A stretch of 64,000 nt of DNA from an uncultured Roseovarius sp. GTDB taxonomy: Bacteria > Pseudomonadota > Alphaproteobacteria > Rhodobacterales > Rhodobacteraceae. The position numbers were made by a program, and so were the translations under genes. Below are positions 55,827-63,209 of the stretch, piece after piece. The stretch covers positions 112,366 to 176,365 of the forward strand of contig OX638333.1 of NCBI GenBank assembly GCA_951812895.1, written 5' to 3'. Position 1 is the first letter of the stretch. Every line of letters begins with the position of its first letter. Under the pieces are notes generated by a model. The model searched no databases. It was not told where the DNA came from and worked only from the letters and a program-made list of their open reading frames with translations.

Positions 55827-56000
55827 TCAGCCCTCCAGTTTGTGTGTGAAATTGAGTTGGCGGGCGCGGTTCAATAGTGCTGCACGCTCGCCGTAGAATT
55901 CTTGACGGTGCTTGCCTAATGATCCCCACCAGCCTTGTAGTTCTTCGCGGGGAAGGCATCGAATGTGGGTTAGCTTTTGTTCGCGTTCTTCGGGGGTCAT
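55827..56000 (-). CDS. Hypothetical 57-aa protein
   Basis: MTPEERERKLTHIRCLP...; ATGA-coupled to MTase stop. Confidence 0.55.
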   Translation of the reverse strand: MTPEEREQKLTHIRCLPREELQGWWGSLGKHRQEFYGERAALLNRARQLNFTHKLEG

Positions 56001-56983
56001 GCTGCCCTCTCTGCTTCGAGAATGGCGTGACCGATCATTTCAGGTATTTGGGGAACTACTGCGTTTCCACATCCTTTAAGTCTGTCCACCCTATCGGGAA
56101 CCCCATGAGCCACTCGACCCACGTTGGGTTCAGTGAGCCAGATTCTCCCTGGGTGCTTATCCGCATCGCGTCTGGAAGAGAATTCATCCACCCACGGCCA
56201 GCTTCGTTCTGTGCTTTGAGCGTTCGTGCTCCCCTGTGCATTGACGCTGTCGGTGTCGGCCACATTTGCGGATGCAATACTTGAGCCGGCAAGCCGCTTC
56301 GATCGTCTGGTGCTAAACGTCCCCGTTTCTGACTGTCGTTCGCTCGAGGTGTGTGCCAAAACCGATGCGCTTGAGCCAGGTTCAGTCCGAACCCGTTTCC
56401 CGTATGGTGCTTGCCCTTCCGGATCGTCTCGGCCTTCACTTCCGCTTGACGTTCTGCAATTTGTTCGGGTGTCCAGTTTTCGCGGCTGTAGAACGTCACC
56501 GGAGTGGGCAACAGTCCAACATCTGTCACGCCTGTGGTGCGCGCCAACGGCGCAAGCTGGAATAACAAACGTCCGGCAGGCGTAACCTTGTCCCTCCAAG
56601 TCAGAAAGCACGTCATCGAGGCCCATGCTGATGTGCCCAGCAACGTTTTCTCCAATGACCCAAGAGGGCCTGAGTTCAGCCACGAGCCTATTAAATTCTG
56701 GCCAGAGGTGGCGGTCATCTTTCTCGCCGCGTCGCTTCCCGGCTGTGGAAAAGGGCTGGCATGGGTATCCTCCACAAATAAGGTCAACTGCTCCAACATC
56801 AGATCCTTTCAACTTGCGCACATCTTCAAAGCACCGAATTTCCGGCCAATGTTTTTTCAAAACCTTTCGGGGGAATTCTTCGATTTCGCAAAACGCTACG
56901 GTTTCAAAGCCCCCTGTGCGTTCAAGGCCAAGGCTGAAACCTCCAATTCCTGAGAATAAATCGAGAACCTTTAGCTTGGTCAC
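55997..56983 (-). CDS. dcm: C5-cytosine DNA methyltransferase, alpha polypeptide
   Basis: FSGIGG, GGYPCQPFS, ENV, HRRDRCW, GNAVVP; motif IX not seen. Confidence 0.9.
   Translation of the reverse strand: MTKLKVLDLFSGIGGFSLGLERTGGFETVAFCEIEEFPRKVLKKHWPEIRCFEDVRKLKGSDVGAVDLICGGYPCQPFSTAGKRRGEKDDRHLWPEFNRLVAELRPSWVIGENVAGHISMGLDDVLSDLEGQGYACRTFVIPACAVGAHHRRDRCWTVAHSGDVLQPRKLDTRTNCRTSSGSEGRDDPEGQAPYGKRVRTEPGSSASVLAHTSSERQSETGTFSTRRSKRLAGSSIASANVADTDSVNAQGSTNAQSTERSWPWVDEFSSRRDADKHPGRIWLTEPNVGRVAHGVPDRVDRLKGCGNAVVPQIPEMIGHAILEAERAA
56056..56799 (-). CDS. Nested alternate-frame beta polypeptide of the C5 methyltransferase
   Basis: 247-aa same-strand ORF in another frame with AAGGA RBS; ends LNPTWVEWLMGFPIGWTD (motif IX-like); xPTP repeats. 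Confidence 0.75.
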   Translation of the reverse strand: MLEQLTLFVEDTHASPFPQPGSDAARKMTATSGQNLIGSWLNSGPLGSLEKTLLGTSAWASMTCFLTWRDKVTPAGRLLFQLAPLARTTGVTDVGLLPTPVTFYSRENWTPEQIAERQAEVKAETIRKGKHHTGNGFGLNLAQAHRFWHTPRANDSQKRGRLAPDDRSGLPAQVLHPQMWPTPTASMHRGARTLKAQNEAGRGWMNSLPDAMRISTQGESGSLNPTWVEWLMGFPIGWTDLKDVETQ

Positions 56984-57157
56984 ACCCCTACCTCCCGAAA
57001 AGACCGACGCCACAAAGGACGCCGGTGAGTTTCAGGGAGGGACAGAAATTTACCCACTCACCCAAGCCTCCCGCCTGAATGTGTGAGGACTCTCCTTTTG
57101 ATGAGTTGACATGGTCTCGCTCATTTACCCCTGAGCGAATGGGGATTGCGGGTGTCA

Positions 57158-57394
57158 TCACTCACCCCCTTGTGCTGTGGGGTAGTCAAGTTCGATTAGG
57201 TATTGTTTGCCCTTGGCCGTTGCCCTGTAGGAAGGGCCGGGAGTGACAAGTCCGTTTGCTTTGAGAGTGCTGAGGCATTCAGAAACGCATGCGCCCCATG
57301 TGAATCCGGGTACGTTTTGGCCCGCCGCAACACGCAGCGTCTCAATCTCGTACATATTGAGGATTGGTGTGCGTGCTTCGGGGTGGCGGCTCAT
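57158..57394 (-). CDS. Hypothetical protein
   Basis: 78-aa coupled ORF. Confidence 0.55.
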   Translation of the reverse strand: MSRHPEARTPILNMYEIETLRVAAGQNVPGFTWGACVSECLSTLKANGLVTPGPSYRATAKGKQYLIELDYPTAQGGE

Positions 57395-57479
57395 AGGTGC
57401 GCTCCCTCTTGTGCTGCAGGGTGGGAGGGGTCTTGAATAAGATTGAAAGAGTTCCTAAATCCTCTAATTGAGGTGGAAG

Positions 57480-57590
57480 TCATTGTTTTTGCAATTTTTT
57501 GCAAATTTTGGAAACGCGAACGCCAATGGCTTTGAGAAGCCGAAAAAACGTGAACACAAACAGCTTTCCAAGCAGAACCAGCCATTTCAT
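57480..57590 (-). CDS. 36-aa hydrophobic/basic peptide
   Basis: MKWLVLLGKLFVFTFFRLLKAIGVRVSKICKKLQKQ; ATGA overlap with upstream gene. Confidence 0.45.
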   Translation of the reverse strand: MKWLVLLGKLFVFTFFRLLKAIGVRVSKICKKLQKQ

Positions 57591-57961
57591 CTATATCCCT
57601 CAATCCTGCGGGCAAACCGTTCGACACCGGCGAGATAAAGACCCACCGCTTTAACCGCCCATGAGGGCATGTCGCTTTCAAGCTGCATCCAGTTGATAAT
57701 TGTGCGCGGGCTGACACCTAAAGCACGACTGCCCTTCTTGGCGATTTCGTCTTGTGTGCGCCCATCAAACGCCCTGCGAAGCTTCTCAGCATCTTCCCTT
57801 CGGGACTTGAGCCGAAAATCCACGTTCGATTTTGCAAGATTTTGCAAGCCTTTCCTCCTATATTCATCACGTGGTTTACGAGTTGAATGGTTTGGAGAAA
57901 GGGCGCGGGCCGGGGCTGGATAAGCTCCGGTCCTTGCGTGTGGGTCAGGAGCCATTGTCAT
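57587..57961 (-). CDS. CII-position HTH regulator
   Basis: RTQDEIAKKGSRALGVSPRTIINWM; follows cro. Confidence 0.65.
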   Translation of the reverse strand: MTMAPDPHARTGAYPAPARALSPNHSTRKPRDEYRRKGLQNLAKSNVDFRLKSRREDAEKLRRAFDGRTQDEIAKKGSRALGVSPRTIINWMQLESDMPSWAVKAVGLYLAGVERFARRIEGYR

Positions 57962-58170
57962 TGAAACGACCCTGCGTTTTCCGATTTGGCCCCTTCGAGT
58001 GAGATGTAACTCAAAACCCTTTCACCAACAGCGAAGGTGCAACTTTGTCCGGCTTTGAGCCTCGAATAGAGTCGACTGTTCCCAACGGCCCGGCCCGTTA
58101 CCGTAGCTGGCGCGATGCCTCGCTCAGTAGCAAAGCTTTCGATTTTCTCTACAAGTTCGTCTTGGGTCAT
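57958..58170 (-). CDS. cro: Cro-like regulator
   Basis: 70-aa HTH (IAPATVTGRAVGNSRLYSRL) divergent from repressor. Confidence 0.75.
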   Translation of the reverse strand: MTQDELVEKIESFATERGIAPATVTGRAVGNSRLYSRLKAGQSCTFAVGERVLSYISLEGAKSENAGSFQ

Positions 58171-58181
58171 GCACCTATTAG

Positions 58182-58217
58182 GGACTTTTGTCCATATTTG
58201 TCAAGGGACTTTTGTCA
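58182..58217. promoter_or_regulatory. OR-like operators GGAC-N4-GTCC
   Basis: GGACTTTTGTCC at 58182-58193 and GGACTTTTGTCA at 58206-58217; TTGACA copies on - strand. Confidence 0.75.
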
Positions 58218-58255
58218 ACTTTCGCAAACCGAGCCACATGGGTAAAAATGTCCCC

Positions 58256-58597
58256 ATGTCAAAATCGTTTCGCGAAGCCTATTTAGCCGCAAAAGCCGCC
58301 TCGGGGTTTTCCGCCGCAAAAATTGCGAAGGGCGCGGGCGTTTCTGAGGAACAGCTAAAAAAACTAGCGCAAAGGGAGACCGCTTCTACAAATGTAGATG
58401 ATGCTGTGAAAATAGCGGTGTTCTTTGGAGTGATTGTCGAGGAATTCATTGACGGTCGGAAAGTGACAGCCCCCGGTCGAATAGCTGAGATTTCAACAAG
58501 GCTGTCACCTGAGGGCCGTGCGCTCTTAGAAAGAGTTGCAGAAGCTCAACTTGTCTCTGAGGAGAATCAATCTCAGAAATCTCCCTCAGCCGATTAA
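58256..58597 (+). CDS. cI: CI-like XRE repressor without S24 peptidase domain
   Basis: SAAKIAKGAGVSEEQLKKL..STNVDDAVKIA; about 113 aa; alternative ATG at 58238. Confidence 0.8.
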   Translation: MSKSFREAYLAAKAASGFSAAKIAKGAGVSEEQLKKLAQRETASTNVDDAVKIAVFFGVIVEEFIDGRKVTAPGRIAEISTRLSPEGRALLERVAEAQLVSEENQSQKSPSAD

Positions 58598-58616
58598 TTA
58601 TTTCACTATCCGTCAT
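58446..58616 (-). CDS. Unannotated 56-aa ORF antisense to cI 3' end (candidate antirepressor)
   Basis: GAGGGG-N7-ATG; MTDSEIINRLREISEIDSPQRQVELLQLFLRAHGPQVTALLKSQLFDRGLSLSDRQ; downstream of LexA-box promoter. Confidence 0.45.
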   Translation of the reverse strand: MTDSEIINRLREISEIDSPQRQVELLQLFLRAHGPQVTALLKSQLFDRGLSLSDRQ

Positions 58617-58723
58617 TCATCATCCCCTCGAAAAATTCAGCAGTGCAGCCGCATTAAGCGGAATTTTTCGTGAGACAGCTCAAGGTAAGAAACCGAACAA
58701 TTTTGGCCTCACATGGCATAAAA

Positions 58724-58752
58724 ACCATATAGGAACATAACAAGAACATCAA
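58724..58752 (-). promoter_or_regulatory. sigma70-like promoter with LexA box in spacer
   Basis: TTGATG-17-TATGGT; GAAC-ATAACAA-GAAC at 58733-58747. Confidence 0.65.
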
Positions 58753-58779
58753 CACCGCTACATGTGGTAGAGGTTCGCG

Positions 58780-58795
58780 CTAACCCTTTGTTAAC
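58780..58795. promoter_or_regulatory. CtrA box-like motif
   Basis: CTAA-CCCTTTG-TTAAC, one mismatch to TTAA-N7-TTAAC. Confidence 0.5.
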
Positions 58796-58968
58796 CACCT
58801 CCAACGGAGCCAAATGTGGTAGAATCACGTTCATATTGAGGCGACAGCATAAAAGGTAGTTTTAAAGCTTATACGCTCGCCTTTAAAGGAATCTACGCCC
58901 TAAGACTCTGCTTTAAAGCTAAATTTTGTTTGTGCGCTCACATTTTCGTGAGTGATTTGCAATAAAGT

Positions 58969-59019
58969 GGACATTAGTCCCTTTTTTATCTTGACGTGGA
59001 CTATTGTCCCTTTTATATT
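58969..59019 (+). promoter_or_regulatory. PL-like promoter with two OL operators
   Basis: GGACATTAGTCC at 58969-58980, GGACTATTGTCC at 58998-59009; TTGACG-17-TATATT. Confidence 0.8.
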
Positions 59020-59044
59020 ACTCCCAACACACGGGAGAAACACC

Positions 59045-59293
59045 ATGCACCTTGCGCCTCAGAAACTCCACGCAACCAGTGACCAAATCGCAGCGCTTTT
59101 GCGCCACGCCAGAAACACAAGCGAAGGCTCACACCCGACATTCGGAAACCACGTTGCTGACGTGCTTGATTGCCTCGTTGCTGTGATCTGGAGCGATGAC
59201 GAGGAAGACAAAGCCTCTGCCGCAGAAGACCTTGTGGACGCAGCAAGTGCCCTGCGTGACCGTGCTGATATCGAAATGCAGGAGGCCGCGTAA
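59045..59293 (+). CDS. Hypothetical early protein
   Basis: First ORF after PL with GGGAG RBS. Confidence 0.6.
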   Translation: MHLAPQKLHATSDQIAALLRHARNTSEGSHPTFGNHVADVLDCLVAVIWSDDEEDKASAAEDLVDAASALRDRADIEMQEAA

Positions 59294-60021
59294 TGTCCAA
59301 GTTTGACGTTCTCAAAAGATTTACTGGCGAAGTTCTTTTCACGGCTGAGTTGGACTGTGACGACGATACACCAAGTTCCATAAGGCTAGGCCTTGCCGTT
59401 AAGTGGGGTGTTAAGAACAGAGCGAACCTCAACGGAGCGAACCTCGACGGAGCGAGCCTCTACAGAGCGAACCTCAACGGAGCGAACCTCGACGGAGCGA
59501 ACCTCAACGGAGCGAACCTCGACGGAGCGAACCTCAACGGAGCGAACCTCGACGGAGCGAACCTCAACGGAGCGAACCTCGACGGAGCGAACCTCAACGG
59601 AGCGAGCCTCTACAGAGCGAACCTCGACGGAGCGAGCCTCTACAGAGCGAACCTCAACGGAGCGAGCCTCTACAGAGCGAACCTCGACGGAGCGAGCCTC
59701 TACAGAGCGAACCTCAACGGAGCGAACCTCGACGGAGCGAGCCTCTACAGAGCGAGCCTCTACAGAGCGAGCGGAATCAACGAATACATCAAATGCATTC
59801 AGATAGATCAGTACCCGATCACCTACACCTCAGAGGTGATGCAGATCGGATGCCAAAGACATTTGATCGCGGAATGGCGTGGCTTTGACGATGAACGCAT
59901 TGCGGGAATGGATGGCAAAAAAGCCCTGCGGTTCTGGCGCAAGTACAAAGATTGGATATTTCAAACGATTGATCTTTGCCCCGCGACACCCACGAAAAAA
60001 AACGAAGCGGACGCAGCATGA
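59293..60021 (+). CDS. Pentapeptide-repeat protein
   Basis: 23 repeats of [15 protein letters not shown]; C-terminal [13 protein letters not shown]. Confidence 0.9.
   Translation: MSKFDVLKRFTGEVLFTAELDCDDDTPSSIRLGLAVKWGVKNRANLNGANLDGASLYRANLNGANLDGANLNGANLDGANLNGANLDGANLNGANLDGANLNGASLYRANLDGASLYRANLNGASLYRANLDGASLYRANLNGANLDGASLYRASLYRASGINEYIKCIQIDQYPITYTSEVMQIGCQRHLIAEWRGFDDERIAGMDGKKALRFWRKYKDWIFQTIDLCPATPTKKNEADAA
59422..59766 (+). repeat. 23 x 15-nt coding tandem repeat
   Basis: Three exact units: GCGAACCTCAACGGA, GCGAACCTCGACGGA, GCGAGCCTCTACAGA. Confidence 0.95.
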
Positions 60022-60287
60022 CCCCTCCCCTCCCCCCTCAAGTGTCGTCTGGTCCCTCTGATGGCACAAAGTCCTCGGCTGGTAATTCTCCCCAGACTGG
60101 CCGGGGCACCTTCAACATGCCTCGCTACGCAAACTTGCGCGATGGTGATCTGGTCAAACGCAAATCAAACGGGTGTCAGAACATTGTCGGCACACTCGTG
60201 TTTGTCGTCACTCTTATTCTGCTTGGCTGCGCCATAGCTCAGGCAGCGGGGCCGCACCCTGATTGCATGGGAATACCGGCATGCTGA
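60018..60287 (+). CDS. Hypothetical protein with TM segment
   Basis: IVGTLVFVVTLILLGCAIAQAA. Confidence 0.5.
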   Translation: MTPPLPPQVSSGPSDGTKSSAGNSPQTGRGTFNMPRYANLRDGDLVKRKSNGCQNIVGTLVFVVTLILLGCAIAQAAGPHPDCMGIPAC

Positions 60288-60592
60288 ACCGTTACGCCAC
60301 CTCACTGAAACACAAGAAAAACGTGTCCCTGTTTGAGCGGATTTTAGACAGGTATTCATGGCTAGAACTACACCAGCCAAACCCCGAAAAAGCGCCATGG
60401 CACGAGCGGGCGATACTGACTGATGAATTCGGCGGAACAATCGTTTTGAACTTCTGGCCATGCTCTCTCACCGCACAGCGTGAAGGGTGCAAGTCAGTCA
60501 AGGGAGTGGATGAAATTCGCCTCATGATTTCTGAGGCAATAGACGATTGCCAAGCCGCAGAAGCCTTTGACGTTCTGGAGGCCGGCCAATGA
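60281..60592 (+). CDS. Hypothetical protein
   Basis: Coupled ORF; QPNPEKAPWH..LNFWP. Confidence 0.6.
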   Translation: MLNRYATSLKHKKNVSLFERILDRYSWLELHQPNPEKAPWHERAILTDEFGGTIVLNFWPCSLTAQREGCKSVKGVDEIRLMISEAIDDCQAAEAFDVLEAGQ

Positions 60593-60669
60593 CCCACCCC
60601 CTATTCATAGCCCTACAAGGCACAATTCTGGCCTGCTTGTACGCAATCGCTCTTACGGGGGCTTGGTGA
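60589..60669 (+). CDS. 26-aa single-TM peptide
   Basis: MTHPLFIALQGTILACLYAIALTGAW; ATGA and TGATG overlaps on both sides. Confidence 0.5.
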   Translation: MTHPLFIALQGTILACLYAIALTGAW

Positions 60670-60896
60670 TGAAACATAACCTACCTCAATTCTTCTCTGA
60701 TTCCTATGAAATCGGTCAGAAGAAAGTAGCCCAAATCCACTTTGATCTTGCTTCGGAGCAAATGGCGGAAGCCGCGCCAGAGGCGTTTTCAACCGGATAC
60801 GAAAACCCTGACTGGCGTGCCATGCGCCGCCGCCAGTTTCAACGGGGTTGGTCTGAATATCAAAGAGCTAAATCAATACTGGAGGCCCTCACATGA
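60669..60896 (+). CDS. Hypothetical protein
   Basis: Coupled 75-aa ORF. Confidence 0.55.
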   Translation: MKHNLPQFFSDSYEIGQKKVAQIHFDLASEQMAEAAPEAFSTGYENPDWRAMRRRQFQRGWSEYQRAKSILEALT

Positions 60897-61390
60897 ATGT
60901 ACGCGCTGACATACCACTCATTTCTAGAATCTCCGAAGAACTACGGGATATGCTGGGTGACGAATTTGATCCTGAGACCTTTTGGGATAGCCTTGATGGC
61001 GAAACCGATGCAGTAGACATTGCGGATCGGTTGATTTCTTCGATGCAGGATGATGCCACGCTTGCAGATGCGGCCAAGGAATATGCTGCTGAAATATCTA
61101 GCCGCGCAAAACGTATTTCAGAGCGCGCAGGCGCAAAGAAGAAAGCTCTACTGCAAATTCTGGATGCGACTGGCGAGAAAAAACTAGAGCGCCCACTTGC
61201 CACCATTAGCCGACGCGCTGGAAGTATATCGGTGAGCATCACAGAAGAATCTGTGATCCCCTCGCAGTTGATGAAAACAACCGTCTTCCCCGATAAATCG
61301 GAGATCAAAAAGCAATTGCAGGCAGGAGAGGTCGTTCCGGGCGCAGAACTGGTACGCGGTCCGGACACGGTTTCAGTGAGGGTTAAGTGA
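60893..61390 (+). CDS. Siphovirus Gp157-like protein
   Basis: FWDSLDGETDA, PDKSEIKKQLQAGEVVPGAEL. Confidence 0.85.
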   Translation: MNVRADIPLISRISEELRDMLGDEFDPETFWDSLDGETDAVDIADRLISSMQDDATLADAAKEYAAEISSRAKRISERAGAKKKALLQILDATGEKKLERPLATISRRAGSISVSITEESVIPSQLMKTTVFPDKSEIKKQLQAGEVVPGAELVRGPDTVSVRVK

Positions 61391-62088
61391 TGCGCCTCCC
61401 TGATCTTGCTAAAGAATTCCCCCGTGACGCTATTCACTGGCGTGCGCAAACCCTCACCAGAGATGGTGATAAAGCCTTAGCCCTTGCCTATCTGGATGCA
61501 CGGGACGTTATGGATCGGCTGGACGAAGTATGTGGTCCTGAAAATTGGCAGACCAAATATTTAGAGACCCCCACGGGGCGCGTCCTGTGTAACATCGGCA
61601 TTAAGATTGGTGATGAGTGGGTATGGAAGTCTGACGGGGCTGGGGCCACCGATATAGAGGGCGAAAAGGGTGGGATCAGCGACAGCCTAAAGCGTGCGGC
61701 GGTGCTTTGGGGCATTGGCCGTTATCTCTACCGCCTAGATGCCGTTTGGGCACCTTGTGAAACATATCAAAAGGGTGATCGAAAATACTTTTCCAAGTGG
61801 AGGGGTTCGCCTTGGGACCATGTGCGCAACGCGCCTCCGAAAGCCCGAGAGCCTGAAAAAGAGCAGCCCAGAAACCCCAAAGATATCGCAGACTCGTTGA
61901 TTGCCGTTATAGGAAAGCCAGAAAATCGCGACGAACTAAACCTCGCCGTAACGGGTGAAAAATTTGCCACGGCCTCGGCATGGCTGAAAGAAACCAACAC
62001 CGCCGAAAGTGAGCGGGTAACAACCGCCTTAGATGCGCGCCGCAAAGAACTTGACCAGCCCACCCCCGAAGAACTGATGAGGGCATAA
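61390..62088 (+). CDS. Rad52/Sak-like single-strand annealing protein
   Basis: LAYLDARDVMDRLDEVCG..W, KGGISDSLKRAAVLWGIGRYLY. Confidence 0.9.
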   Translation: MRLPDLAKEFPRDAIHWRAQTLTRDGDKALALAYLDARDVMDRLDEVCGPENWQTKYLETPTGRVLCNIGIKIGDEWVWKSDGAGATDIEGEKGGISDSLKRAAVLWGIGRYLYRLDAVWAPCETYQKGDRKYFSKWRGSPWDHVRNAPPKAREPEKEQPRNPKDIADSLIAVIGKPENRDELNLAVTGEKFATASAWLKETNTAESERVTTALDARRKELDQPTPEELMRA

Positions 62089-62090
62089 AA

Positions 62091-62558
62091 GTGCCTGACC
62101 GCATTCTCAGAACACAACACGACATAGTTAGCTTCGCCACCTTCCTTGAAGGTTTAAAGCTTCCGTTGACCGTTGAATGGCAGGCAGGAAAGCACCGCAG
62201 CCAAGAGCAAAACCGCCTTCAATGGCTTTGGTCAAAAGAAGTGGCAGAACAACTTGGCGACCGCGATCAATCTGACGTGCAGGCAGAATTCAAGCTTGAA
62301 ATCGGCATACCCATTTTGCGCGAAGAACCAACGTTCCGCGAAAAGTATGACCGCATTCTTCGCAATCATACCTATGAGGAAAAAATCATTATCATGCGTG
62401 ATTTTGATTTCCCCGTTACCCGTCTGATGAAAACACCCCAGATGGTGCGGTTCCTAGACACCATTCAGAACCGATATTTGGAGCGCGGCTTTCAATTGAC
62501 CGATCCCGATCCCGACATGGCAAAGCACATGGATCGATACAGGGACAAAGCAGCATGA
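62091..62558 (+). CDS. NinB-like recombination protein
   Basis: RSQEQNRLQWLW, VTRLMKT.QM..FLD. Confidence 0.7.
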   Translation: MPDRILRTQHDIVSFATFLEGLKLPLTVEWQAGKHRSQEQNRLQWLWSKEVAEQLGDRDQSDVQAEFKLEIGIPILREEPTFREKYDRILRNHTYEEKIIIMRDFDFPVTRLMKTPQMVRFLDTIQNRYLERGFQLTDPDPDMAKHMDRYRDKAA

Positions 62559-62896
62559 CAGACCGCATGGAATTCCCTGTAAAGGTCCGTAAGGCCGCTT
62601 ATGACCGCTCAGGTGGGATTTGTGAGTGCGGGTGCGGCGTGCCTTTTGGCAAAGAGCGTGTCGAGTATGACCATGACATACCGGCCTATCACGGCGGCAA
62701 GCCCACATTGGAAAACTGCCGCGCGCTTCGCTGGTCCTGCCACAAGGTGAAAACCGCTCAGGACATGCAGGCAATCAAGAAAACCCGCCGGATCATTAAA
62801 AAGCAACGCGGCCTGACAGCGCAGAAAGCCACGATACCCGGATCAAAGAATAGCCACTTCAAAAAGAAGCTGGACGGAACGGTGATCAAGCGATGA
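62555..62896 (+). CDS. HNH endonuclease
   Basis: CECGCG, EYDHDIP..GG..TLENCRAL..CHKVKT. Confidence 0.85.
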   Translation: MTDRMEFPVKVRKAAYDRSGGICECGCGVPFGKERVEYDHDIPAYHGGKPTLENCRALRWSCHKVKTAQDMQAIKKTRRIIKKQRGLTAQKATIPGSKNSHFKKKLDGTVIKR

Positions 62897-62921
62897 CCCA
62901 CCAAAAACTAGGAGCGAAAAC

Positions 62922-63179
62922 ATGAAACTAACGTCACTCATTATCAGCCCGAAACATTCATGGGACAAGCCGGGTCGTGAAAACCCCTTGCGTGCTGTCG
63001 TGAAGCTGAACTCAGAGCAATCCACTATTGAGTGCGTTCTTAGCGAAGAAACCGTTCGGAAAATGCTTGATCTTTGTGCGGATGAAATTGCCAGCGATGC
63101 AAAGAAGAACGTTGATGATTTTGCTCAAGCTGTCTCTGCAATCGACGTCGATAAGAGCAAGGCGCTCTTGGCTGGATAG
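62922..63179 (+). CDS. Hypothetical protein
   Basis: 85-aa ORF with GGAG RBS. Confidence 0.6.
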   Translation: MKLTSLIISPKHSWDKPGRENPLRAVVKLNSEQSTIECVLSEETVRKMLDLCADEIASDAKKNVDDFAQAVSAIDVDKSKALLAG

Positions 63180-63209
63180 AAGTAACGCAGGATAAACTAG
63201 GAGAGCAGT

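Noticed and set aside
58767-58778. Copy of the repeat unit (GCGAACCTCTAC on - strand) in the immunity region as a regulatory link
   Set aside because: A single 12-mer near-match is expected by chance and has no supporting context.
59422-59766. CRISPR array
   Set aside because: Units are contiguous with no unique spacers, are in-frame coding repeats, and no cas genes are present.
59393-59806. ORF-track protein of ERTST repeats
   Set aside because: Alternate-frame shadow of the pentapeptide repeat with no RBS or non-repeat domain.
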